IMG/VR virus record: IMGVR_UViG_3300037847_003419
Span: 1,873 to 65,872 of that record
Strand: one strand, 5' to 3'
DNA: 64,000 nt
Source of the DNA: a virus
Taxonomy: Duplodnaviria > Caudoviricetes
The translations under genes and the position numbers were made by a program. The notes beneath the pieces are model-generated. The model was given only the letters and a program-made list of their open reading frames with translations, had not been told where the DNA came from and made no database searches. Below, in pieces: positions 1-8,179 of this stretch; position 1 is the stretch's first letter; every line of letters begins with the position of its first letter.

Positions 1-2
1 CT

Positions 3-752
3 ACTACAGATATAGATTTAGTATCTGAAAAAGAAAGACAATTACAAAAAGACCTTGGATATAGAGTTGACATGAAACCATATAATAAATTAAAATGTAA
101 TAAAATGAAAATAAATGTAACAGAAATGACTACGACTTTCCCATGTCCAGTCAATAAACTTAAAGGCAGGCTTATAGATAATATAGGTATGCGATGGGAT
201 ACAGGTTTTGGTAGTGTTGTATTAACAAAAAAATCTATAGACTGGATAATGGATAATGTTAAATCGTCTCAGTTTACCAACGAAAGATGTTATGTATACA
301 ATAGAGCATTTGCTAGATGGTTTGATAATAACAATGCTTTTGATTTAGACAATGCTAAACAAATGAACGAAGTTGAACAAAGAAGAAACGGTACGTTAAC
401 TGGTGGCTTAGCGCCTACAGGTGTTAGACAACAAAAGTATTGTGATGATAGTTGTTCAGAAGTTAGTATGTTTGAACTAATAAGAATGTGGGCTGATAAA
501 AGAGGCCTGTATGACAAAGGTGATCCTAAAACACAAGCTTTAAAACTTGTCGAAGAAGTTGGTGAAACTTGTAGAGCTATATTAAAAGGTAACGATATGG
601 AAGCGATCGACGGTATTGGTGATTGTGTTGTTGTTTTGACAAACTTAGCTGAGTTAATAGGTGAGCCAATTGAACAATGTATTGAACAAGCTTATTTTGA
701 GATTAAAGATAGAAAAGGTAAAATGGAAAACGGAACATTTAAAAAAGATTAA
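3..752 (+). CDS. 5'-truncated fusion protein with C-terminal MazG-like (all-alpha) NTP pyrophosphohydrolase
   Basis: The frame is open from base 3 (TTDIDLVSEKERQLQKDLGYRVD...), so the true start lies upstream of the window. The C-terminus has QALKLVEEVGE...DGIGD, the ExxE/ExxD-type MazG motifs. Confidence 0.8.
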   Translation, partial: TTDIDLVSEKERQLQKDLGYRVDMKPYNKLKCNKMKINVTEMTTTFPCPVNKLKGRLIDNIGMRWDTGFGSVVLTKKSIDWIMDNVKSSQFTNERCYVYNRAFARWFDNNNAFDLDNAKQMNEVEQRRNGTLTGGLAPTGVRQQKYCDDSCSEVSMFELIRMWADKRGLYDKGDPKTQALKLVEEVGETCRAILKGNDMEAIDGIGDCVVVLTNLAELIGEPIEQCIEQAYFEIKDRKGKMENGTFKKD

Positions 753-754
753 TT

Positions 755-1066
755 ATGTCAAGTAGAGAAATATATGATGCTAAAAACGGTATATCATCAA
801 GAAAAGAATATGGATTTAGAGACCCTGTAGTTAGAACTGTAGTTGATAAGTTTGTTAAACGTTCAGATGTTGGCTATGCTAAATACGGTACAACACTAGA
901 TGATGAGCGTAAATTTAAAATGAAAGGTCTTCAAAAATATTTAAATGATATACAAGAAGAGCTTATGGATGCAATATTATATATACAAGCAGCCAGAGAT
1001 GAACTACAAGATTTATCTGAAGAAGCTTTAATTGATAAAATCAAATATGATGAAGAAGAAATTTAA
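755..1066 (+). CDS. conserved phage hypothetical protein (acidic helical, possibly MazG-like fold)
   Basis: RSDVGYAKYGTTL...IQEELMDAILY pattern, typical of small phage nucleotide-metabolism-linked proteins. Confidence 0.55.
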   Translation: MSSREIYDAKNGISSRKEYGFRDPVVRTVVDKFVKRSDVGYAKYGTTLDDERKFKMKGLQKYLNDIQEELMDAILYIQAARDELQDLSEEALIDKIKYDEEEI

Positions 1067-1496
1067 ACGTAAGCGTGGTCCTGTCAGAAGTAAAAAAGTT
1101 ACTTTTGACGGGATTACATTTGCAAGTGGTTTAGAACGTTATATGTATCAAGTTTTAAAGAAAAATAAAATACACGCAATGTATGAGGGAGCTACATTTG
1201 TTTTGCAAGAAGGTTTTATGTTTGATAACGAAAGCTTTGAAAGACAAAGTAATGGTAAGGGTGATATGGTTAATAGAGGTAGTAAAAAAATACTAAATAT
1301 AAAATATACACCTGACTTTGTATCTGATACATTTATAATTGAATGTAAAGGTAGAGCAAACGAAAGTTTTCCAATACGTTGGAAAATGTTTAAAAAGTAT
1401 GTAAAAGAAAACTTGCCTCATGTAACTTTATATAAACCCCAGAATCAGAAAGAGTGTGATAAAGTAATAGAATTAATAAATGAAAGAAATAAATAA
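1032..1496 (+). CDS. T7 endonuclease I-like Holliday junction resolvase (PD-(D/E)xK)
   Basis: FASGLE...YTPDF...IIECKGR motifs; the real start may be a few codons downstream (MMKKK). Confidence 0.8.
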   Translation: MIKSNMMKKKFKRKRGPVRSKKVTFDGITFASGLERYMYQVLKKNKIHAMYEGATFVLQEGFMFDNESFERQSNGKGDMVNRGSKKILNIKYTPDFVSDTFIIECKGRANESFPIRWKMFKKYVKENLPHVTLYKPQNQKECDKVIELINERNK

Positions 1497-3351
1497 CAAA
1501 ATACTATCGGATATAACAGTGCATATGAAATATGCTAAGTTTATTCCTGAGCTACAACGTAGAGAAACTTGGGAAGAGTTAGTTGACAGAAATAAAGCTA
1601 TGCACATACGTAAGTATCCGAGTTTAAAAAATGATATAGAAACTTATTATAAATATGTATATGAAAAGAAAGTCCTCCCGTCGATGCGATCGCTGCAATT
1701 CGGTGGCAAACCTATTGAAATTAGTCCTAATAGACTTTATAATTGTGCCTATTTGCCTGTTGACCATATTGATGCTTTTAGTGAAGTTATGTTTTTATTG
1801 TTATCAGGTTGTGGCGTAGGTTATTCGGTACAATTACATAATATTAAAAAATTACCAGAAATAATTAAGCCACATATAGTTAGAAAACGTAGGTTTGTTA
1901 TTGGTGATAGTATTGAAGGTTGGTCTGATGCTATTAAAGTACTAATTAAGTCTTATATGGGCGGTAAAAGATCATCTAAAATAAAGTTTGATTACTCAGA
2001 TATAAGACCTAAAGGCGCTAGGTTAGTAACATCAGGTGGTAAAGCACCAGGTCCTCAACCACTAAGAGAGTGTTTAGTAAAAATTAAAGGTATATTAGAT
2101 GCAAAGCAAGACGGAGAAAAACTTAAAAGTATTGAAGTTCATGATATTGTTTGTCATATCGCTGATGCCGTACTCGCTGGCGGTATACGTAGAGCAGCTC
2201 TTATATCGTTATTTTCCGCGTATGACGAAGAAATGATTTCATGTAAATCAGGTCAATGGTGGGAGACAGACCCACAGAGAGGTAGAGCTAATAACTCAGC
2301 GGTGCTTATGAGACATAAAATAACTAAAGAGTTTTTTATGGACTTATGGAAACGTATAGAGCTATCTGGCTCTGGTGAACCTGGTATATATTTTAATAAC
2401 GATAAAGACTGGGGTACTAATCCATGTTGTGAAATAGCATTAAGACCTTTTCAATTTTGTAACTTATGTGAAGTAAATGTATCTGACGTAGACACGCAAG
2501 AGGAATTAAACGATAGAGTTGCCGCTGCTTCTTTTATAGGTACGTTACAAGCTGGTTACACAGAGTTTCATTATCTTAGAGAAGTTTGGCAAGAAACAAC
2601 AGAGCGCGATGCCTTGATTGGTGTGTCAATGACTGGTATTGGTAGCGGTAAAGTTTTAGATTTAGATTTAAACCAAGCGGCTGATCAAGTAAAAATGATG
2701 AACAGAATAACAGCTAAGACTATTGGTATTAATCCTGCGGCTCGTACAACATGTGTTAAGCCTGCAGGGACAACATCTCTGGTACTTGGGACGTCATCAG
2801 GTATTCACGCATGGCATAACAAATACTACATACGTAGGATGCGTGTAGGTAAAAACGAAGCTATTTATAGTTATCTTGCTATACACCACCCAGAACTTGT
2901 GCAAGATGAATACTTCAGGCCTCATGATACTGCGGTTATAGAAATACCACAAGCAGCGCCTAAAGGCTCCATTGTAAGAACAGAGTCTGCTTTTGATTTA
3001 TTAGAACGTGTTAAAAAAGTAGCTACAGAGTGGGTTGCAACAGGGCATAAGTCTGGTAGTAATACACATAATGTTTCAGCTACAATAAGTTTGAAAGATA
3101 AAGAGTGGGAAAAAGCTGGTGAGTGGATGTGGGAAAACAGAAATAATTATAATGGTTTATCTGTTTTGCCTTACGATGGTGGTACATATACTCAAGCTCC
3201 ATTTGAGGATATAACTAAAGCTAAGTATGATGAAATGACAAAACTACTTCAAGATATAGACTTAACTAAAGTAGTAGAGTTAAATGATAATACAGATCTA
3301 TCAGGCGAACTGGCTTGTGCCGGTGGATCTTGTGAAGTAACAAGCCTATAA
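1480..3351 (+). CDS. nrdJ: class II (adenosylcobalamin-dependent) ribonucleotide reductase
   Basis: RRETWEE N-terminus, NCAY, TNPCCEI active site, VKPAGTTS, C-terminal redox pair CAGGSC; no small subunit gene nearby. Confidence 0.92.
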   Translation: MKEINNKILSDITVHMKYAKFIPELQRRETWEELVDRNKAMHIRKYPSLKNDIETYYKYVYEKKVLPSMRSLQFGGKPIEISPNRLYNCAYLPVDHIDAFSEVMFLLLSGCGVGYSVQLHNIKKLPEIIKPHIVRKRRFVIGDSIEGWSDAIKVLIKSYMGGKRSSKIKFDYSDIRPKGARLVTSGGKAPGPQPLRECLVKIKGILDAKQDGEKLKSIEVHDIVCHIADAVLAGGIRRAALISLFSAYDEEMISCKSGQWWETDPQRGRANNSAVLMRHKITKEFFMDLWKRIELSGSGEPGIYFNNDKDWGTNPCCEIALRPFQFCNLCEVNVSDVDTQEELNDRVAAASFIGTLQAGYTEFHYLREVWQETTERDALIGVSMTGIGSGKVLDLDLNQAADQVKMMNRITAKTIGINPAARTTCVKPAGTTSLVLGTSSGIHAWHNKYYIRRMRVGKNEAIYSYLAIHHPELVQDEYFRPHDTAVIEIPQAAPKGSIVRTESAFDLLERVKKVATEWVATGHKSGSNTHNVSATISLKDKEWEKAGEWMWENRNNYNGLSVLPYDGGTYTQAPFEDITKAKYDEMTKLLQDIDLTKVVELNDNTDLSGELACAGGSCEVTSL

Positions 3352-3366
3352 CTTAAATTAAATTAA

Positions 3367-3567
3367 ATGTACGGAGAAAACGAAGTAATTAAACTATTAC
3401 AAAAAATGGGTAATGAACTTAACAGCGTTGAAGTTGATGCTGAAAAGTTTGTAGAGGGTAATAACTCAGCTGGAACTAGACTTAGAAAGGCTATGCAAAA
3501 CATTAAAAACATAGCTCAACAAGTCAGGGTTGAGGTTCAGAACCAGAAAAATTCGGTACTAAATTAA
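3367..3567 (+). CDS. histone H1-like Hc1 family small protein
   Basis: DAEKFVEGNNSAGTRLRKAMQNIK matches the Hc1-like family common in Bacteroidota. Confidence 0.75.
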   Translation: MYGENEVIKLLQKMGNELNSVEVDAEKFVEGNNSAGTRLRKAMQNIKNIAQQVRVEVQNQKNSVLN

Positions 3568-3569
3568 AT

Positions 3570-3597
3570 AAAGGGAGCTTAATTGCTCCCTTTTTTT
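3570..3597. terminator. bidirectional intrinsic terminator at the convergence of the + and - units
   Basis: AAAGGGAGC-TTAATT-GCTCCCTTTTTTT hairpin flanked by A and T runs. Confidence 0.85.
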
Positions 3598-3656
3598 ATT
3601 TTAATACCTACGTAAGTAAGCGCAGCTATTATTATACATATTGGACACGGACACAT
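3579..3656 (-). CDS. 25-aa membrane micropeptide (MCPCPICIIIAALTYVGIKIKKGSN)
   Basis: Read by hand. Starts 5 nt after the stop of 3662..4105; hydrophobic core with a basic tail. Confidence 0.45.
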   Translation of the reverse strand: MCPCPICIIIAALTYVGIKIKKGSN

Positions 3657-3661
3657 ATCTT

Positions 3662-4105
3662 TTATTCAAAGAATACCATGTACTCAATAACTGTCTCTGT
3701 TGCGTCATTCATCTTGATAGTAACGTCTTCATTGTTAGCGTGACCCGCTCCACCTGTTTCGTTAGCATCCCAAGGAAACAACATCCAATCACCACCATAA
3801 AGTCTTCCTATATATGTAGGTGATCCAGTAGCTTCGCCAATACCTATTAAAGCGTATTTGTCTGTAGCGGTGCTCGTGTTTTTAATATATACCTTAGCTG
3901 ATTTAGCAGCTGTTACCTCTAAATTACTTACTGTTAATAAATCTACTTCAGTTGCACTAGCTATTTTCTTTCTAGCTAATCCAGTTGTTTCTGTAATACC
4001 AGTTTCAGTTCCTGCTGTAGTAAGCGTCATCGTATTAGAAATAGATAATGCGTTGTCAGCTATATCTGTACTAGTTAATGTTATTTGTGCTGTTGTTGTC
4101 GCCAT
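3662..4105 (-). CDS. putative virion structural protein (paralog of 4131..4547)
   Basis: A/T-rich beta protein; shares MATTTA.xTLTSTD, K.YI.N and IGRLY.GDW with its neighbour. Confidence 0.55.
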   Translation of the reverse strand: MATTTAQITLTSTDIADNALSISNTMTLTTAGTETGITETTGLARKKIASATEVDLLTVSNLEVTAAKSAKVYIKNTSTATDKYALIGIGEATGSPTYIGRLYGGDWMLFPWDANETGGAGHANNEDVTIKMNDATETVIEYMVFFE

Positions 4106-4130
4106 TTTTATTTATTTTTTTATATTAATA

Positions 4131-4547
4131 CTATGATGCTACTAGTGTTTTACCTTCGTGAATTAAAGCAAATTCAACTACTTGAGCAGCTGATATAGCC
4201 TCTATACCTACGTCTTGAGTTGCTGCCGCTGCTTCTAATGGGAAAAATGCCCAGTCACCAGCATATAACCTACCAATGTTTACGGCAGCTATATAAATAT
4301 CTACATATTTAGTAGCGTCAGTATGTTTGTTAGCTATATATATTTTGTTAGCTTTATTTGCTCCTGCAGAAGTAGCGTCTATCATATCATAAACATCACC
4401 AGTTGGAACTTCTAATCTTTCGTATTGGATACTGTCCAATCCCGTTGTTGTACCTGCTTTAAATAAAGTAGCTGTAGCCGACAGCGATAATGAGTCTGTC
4501 AGCAAGTCAGTACTTGTTAGCGTTAAAGTCGCTGTCGTTGTTGCCAT
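4131..4547 (-). CDS. putative virion structural protein (paralog of 3662..4105)
   Basis: Same motifs: MATTTATLTLTSTD, KIYIAN, IGRLYAGDW. Confidence 0.55.
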   Translation of the reverse strand: MATTTATLTLTSTDLLTDSLSLSATATLFKAGTTTGLDSIQYERLEVPTGDVYDMIDATSAGANKANKIYIANKHTDATKYVDIYIAAVNIGRLYAGDWAFFPLEAAAATQDVGIEAISAAQVVEFALIHEGKTLVAS

Positions 4548-4573
4548 AATTTGTTTTTTTAATTAATTAATTG

Positions 4574-5068
4574 TTATTTGTTTTTTAAATATTCTTCAAT
4601 ATCTTTTATATATTTAGTTCTGCCATTTTGTTTAATAGCAATAACTTCTTGTTTTCTATTTGGTCTATGTGATACCCAACTAATATGAACCCAGTTAGGA
4701 TTACCGTCAGGATATTCACCTCCAAACTCCCAAACCATTTGATCAAAATCTAAATTATCTTTTATATAGTGATACATCTCTGCGTTTGTTTTATGTCCAA
4801 AAGTATCGTCAATATCTATAGCTTGACCTTTCATGTGTTGTGATCTAGTACTACCACCTATTGCTGTATTAACAGGCTCGCCTCTAAAAAAGCTATTTAT
4901 TTTTATTGGTCCACCTACCCACTCACGTAACGGCTCAAACAAATTTTCTGCAACTTCTTTCATGCATTTAATTTGTTCTTCGTTAGGAGTATTGTCTAAA
5001 CCTCTTCTTTCACCTGTTCTACTATACGTGCCTTCGTGCCAGCTCACGTGTTTACTTATTCTTTCCAT
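4574..5068 (-). CDS. peptidase M15A family endolysin (D-Ala-D-Ala peptidase fold)
   Basis: INSFFR...SQHMKGQAID...WVHIS zinc ligands. Start moved to MERISKH, just after the upstream stop. Confidence 0.85.
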   Translation of the reverse strand: MERISKHVSWHEGTYSRTGERRGLDNTPNEEQIKCMKEVAENLFEPLREWVGGPIKINSFFRGEPVNTAIGGSTRSQHMKGQAIDIDDTFGHKTNAEMYHYIKDNLDFDQMVWEFGGEYPDGNPNWVHISWVSHRPNRKQEVIAIKQNGRTKYIKDIEEYLKNK

Positions 5069-5069
5069 A

Positions 5070-5384
5070 TTATTTATTTTTCCAACTACCATCAGCAAAG
5101 TCTTTTGCCTCTTGTTCTGTGTTAAATTGATATATTTCTTTTCTTTTTATAGCTTCTCTAAAAGCATCATCTGGCTGTTGCCATGTACCGTCGTCATCTT
5201 GAAACAAAGTAGGATAAGCCACGTATTTACCGTCAGACTCACCATAAGCCATTAAATGTGTAGACGGTTTTTGTCCTTCGTACATTGGTTTATCTGAAAA
5301 CTTTTTATCACCAACATAAACCTCTCCATCTCTATCTTTTGGTTTTTGAGTAAACGGACTCCACCCCTTCATTTTAAAAGCCAT
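5070..5384 (-). CDS. small protein with MAFKMK leader
   Basis: Starts MAFKMKGWSPFTQ; its ATG overlaps the upstream TAA (TAATG). Confidence 0.7.
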   Translation of the reverse strand: MAFKMKGWSPFTQKPKDRDGEVYVGDKKFSDKPMYEGQKPSTHLMAYGESDGKYVAYPTLFQDDDGTWQQPDDAFREAIKRKEIYQFNTEQEAKDFADGSWKNK

Positions 5385-5479
5385 TAGCATGTACAGTCTT
5401 TACAGCATTTTTCACACCATCCTAAACATACTAATCCAAACGTTATGGCTTGAAGCCACTTACAAAATTTACTTTTCAT
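5384..5479 (-). CDS. 31-aa Cys-rich peptide (MKSKFCKWLQAITFGLVCLGWCEKCCKDCTC)
   Basis: Read by hand. A-rich leader; stop coupled to the next ATG. Confidence 0.55.
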   Translation of the reverse strand: MKSKFCKWLQAITFGLVCLGWCEKCCKDCTC

Positions 5480-5492
5480 ATTTATTTTTTTA

Positions 5493-5975
5493 TTAATTTT
5501 CTCCACATTTTTTACTAGGATCTCCAACTTGTCTCCAGTCCTCTTTTTCAAACCAGTCTCTTAAAGTAGCTCCTTTTTTACGAGCGCCTTTTACATTTGT
5601 CCCTGAAGATCTTCTATAGTTACCAGCTTTACCAGCCTTGCTTTTGGCGCTAGCTAAAGACTTTCTTTCAGATTTACTCATGCTAGCTATTTTATTTTTT
5701 GGTAAGCAAACCTTTTTAGTTCCACCACCTTTTTGTTGCTTGTTAGGTGAGTCTTTAGATTGTTTTAAATGAAAGTCCTCATGCTTTGCTGACATAGTGT
5801 CTGGGTTATGACCGTTTCTTCCATACTGAAAGTCTTCAAGCGAACCATGTTTATTAGGTGATGATTTACGGCAACTGCCTTTTGTGCCAGGAGCCTTACC
5901 AGGCACACGTTCATATCCTTTCCAACAAGGTAGCGGACTATTTTTTCTGAATTTAGCTTTTATATCGTACGCCAT
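5493..5975 (-). CDS. small basic protein
   Basis: K/R/G-rich; PCWKGYERV and LRDWFEKEDW modules; SPNKH/SPNKQ repeats. Confidence 0.65.
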   Translation of the reverse strand: MAYDIKAKFRKNSPLPCWKGYERVPGKAPGTKGSCRKSSPNKHGSLEDFQYGRNGHNPDTMSAKHEDFHLKQSKDSPNKQQKGGGTKKVCLPKNKIASMSKSERKSLASAKSKAGKAGNYRRSSGTNVKGARKKGATLRDWFEKEDWRQVGDPSKKCGEN

Positions 5976-6232
5976 TACTTTTTGCTTTTACTACCCCAGT
6001 TTGAAGCACCGGCTTTTCTACATTGAACTAACTGTCCTGACGCATAAGCACTAGGCCAAACTTTAACTCTTGATTTTACTTTGTGATAACAAGCATCTTT
6101 TTTGCCCTTCATTGGTGAGTTATCAACCATTTTGTTAGGATTACCCTTACCACCATCAGCCTTACTAGCGTGCACGGCTTTTCTTTGTGCGTCTGAAACA
6201 TACGCTTTTAACGGAGTATTTCTTAGTCTCAT
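5975..6232 (-). CDS. small basic protein
   Basis: KKDACYHKVKSRVKVWPSAYASGQLVQCRK module; TAATG coupling. Confidence 0.65.
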   Translation of the reverse strand: MRLRNTPLKAYVSDAQRKAVHASKADGGKGNPNKMVDNSPMKGKKDACYHKVKSRVKVWPSAYASGQLVQCRKAGASNWGSKSKK

Positions 6233-6756
6233 ATCTTGTTTTTTATATAGTTATACATGTCCCTACCTATCTGTTCACCAAACGTTGAGTCTGATTTATA
6301 ATGCGCTCTAGCAGATCTTCTGCTATATGATATATCTCTACCCATTTTTTTTAACTTATCTTTTTTATTTGGATATTTATCAGCTAAAACATTAGCTATT
6401 AATATACCTTGAACTGAATGACCAGAAGGATATGAAGGTGTTTTCATAGAAGCCATCTCCATGTCCTTCATATTTGTTTTTATCTTTTTAGCAACAACCT
6501 TAGGTCTAGGTCTGTTGTGATGTTTTTTTATTTTCATAATAACAGGAGCTGACTCATTAATCAACTCTTGTATTAAAGGTTCTTTACCTACTATACCTTC
6601 AAAAGATTTTTTAATATCATCTTTTTCTTTAATAAACTTTTCTCTAATAGGTAGTTTAGTTAACTCTTTAACTTCGCCTTTAGTTGTGTTTGAATTATCA
6701 CTAGGCGGTTTCTTGTCTAAATATTTTTGTATTGGAAAACCTTTTAACATCTCCAT
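6229..6756 (-). CDS. PAP2 / vanadium-haloperoxidase-superfamily phosphatase
   Basis: All three signature motifs are present: KxxxxRPRP, SYPSGH, SRxxxxxHYxSD. Confidence 0.85.
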   Translation of the reverse strand: MEMLKGFPIQKYLDKKPPSDNSNTTKGEVKELTKLPIREKFIKEKDDIKKSFEGIVGKEPLIQELINESAPVIMKIKKHHNRPRPKVVAKKIKTNMKDMEMASMKTPSYPSGHSVQGILIANVLADKYPNKKDKLKKMGRDISYSRRSARAHYKSDSTFGEQIGRDMYNYIKNKI

Positions 6757-7151
6757 CTTCTTCTCGCTGCTCTACCTCTTTCACCAGTCCAGCCTCTCGA
6801 TCTAGCACAAAATCCTTTTCTTCTTTTTGCTCTTTCACCTTTTGGATTTTTTTCTGTAACAGCTGTTTGTAAGTTGCTACCAGGATTTTGTTTTTTATAA
6901 GAAGCAACACCTGCTTTTGTCATACCAGCACCTTCTTCTTTTGATCTGAAATGCCTACCTTTACCTTTAGTCCTTTTGTTTGTTTGTGTAAAAGGCGAGT
7001 CTATAGCATAAGCAGCGTAATTAAAAGGACCTTGTTCATTACGATCTTTACCAGGATTATTTATATCTCCATTAGCATTGTCATTCATAAACTGTCTACG
7101 CCTGCCACAACTAGTTTTTGAAAAAGGATTATTTTTTTGTACGTATGCCAT
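6744..7151 (-). CDS. small basic protein
   Basis: GAGMTKAGVASYKKQNPGSNL...RRKGFCARS...AARRRWRC; MAYVQKNNPF start. Confidence 0.65.
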   Translation of the reverse strand: MAYVQKNNPFSKTSCGRRRQFMNDNANGDINNPGKDRNEQGPFNYAAYAIDSPFTQTNKRTKGKGRHFRSKEEGAGMTKAGVASYKKQNPGSNLQTAVTEKNPKGERAKRRKGFCARSRGWTGERGRAARRRWRC

Positions 7152-8179
7152 TATCTTATTATGTAATTTATACCCATTTTAAAATCGTACCACTCTCTAT
7201 TCCAGTACTTGTTATATTTACCCTCTGCAAATACACCTAATCTTTTATTTATCTTTTGTCCAAATATCAAACCGCCTGAGTAATCCAACCATTGACCATC
7301 AATATAGTTATGATAACTAAACTCATCTTTATCATTATAGTGGTACGGCATTAAGTTAGCCCACGTGTGTATCCAAATACTTTTATTGTAGTAATAGTAA
7401 TCTAAACCTACAACTAGCGAGTGTTGTAATTTGTTATCTAACTCATTACGTTTTCTTTCAACATAATTAGCCAACACCTCTGGTATTACAATTTGCTCCC
7501 ACACGTCTGATGAAAAAGCCACTACGTCACCATCTGGATTATAATACATATCATGATAAACATCTACATTGTAACCTTCTTGTAAGGCTAAATAAGTATA
7601 GTGTATATTACCATTGTCTAACCTCCAGCTAGCAAGCGGGTCGTAACCATAAGGTTCAGATAATCTTTGAACAGCACCAACATTAAAGCTTATCTTACCA
7701 ACATCATATCTGTATCTTTGTGATGTTTCAAAGTATTCTATATCTGCAAAACCATCTACTAAATACTCTGCTTTAGCTATCCAGTCGTTAGCTACATATC
7801 TTATAAAGTGATGTTGATCTAAATACTCTACACCTTCTTGTCTTTTGTAATCTACTTGAAATAAAAACTCTGTACCGTTTCTTTTACCTATTGTAGCGGC
7901 GTCACTATAGTTAGATTCAGTGCCATCATAAAATGTATTAGCTCTGTTTTCATAACCAAATCTAGCTATTTTACGTATACCTAATGTTAAGTTATAATCG
8001 TAAGGTGTTTGTATTGTTTCAATACCTAAACCATCTGTAACGCTATAAGTTTCTACATCTGATATAGAGGTACCACCATTTACAGCTGCATAAAATGTAG
8101 AGAACTTAAATGTTTTCTTTATATCTATTTGTGAGTAACTAAATATAGGTAGTAATAATAATACTAATAGCTTTTTCAT
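7151..8179 (-). CDS. secreted protein, probable outer-membrane beta-barrel
   Basis: Sec signal MKKLLVLLLLPIFSYSQ; Tyr/aromatic-rich alternating strands; ends in a barrel-like strand YDFKMGINYIIR. Confidence 0.6.
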   Translation of the reverse strand: MKKLLVLLLLPIFSYSQIDIKKTFKFSTFYAAVNGGTSISDVETYSVTDGLGIETIQTPYDYNLTLGIRKIARFGYENRANTFYDGTESNYSDAATIGKRNGTEFLFQVDYKRQEGVEYLDQHHFIRYVANDWIAKAEYLVDGFADIEYFETSQRYRYDVGKISFNVGAVQRLSEPYGYDPLASWRLDNGNIHYTYLALQEGYNVDVYHDMYYNPDGDVVAFSSDVWEQIVIPEVLANYVERKRNELDNKLQHSLVVGLDYYYYNKSIWIHTWANLMPYHYNDKDEFSYHNYIDGQWLDYSGGLIFGQKINKRLGVFAEGKYNKYWNREWYDFKMGINYIIR

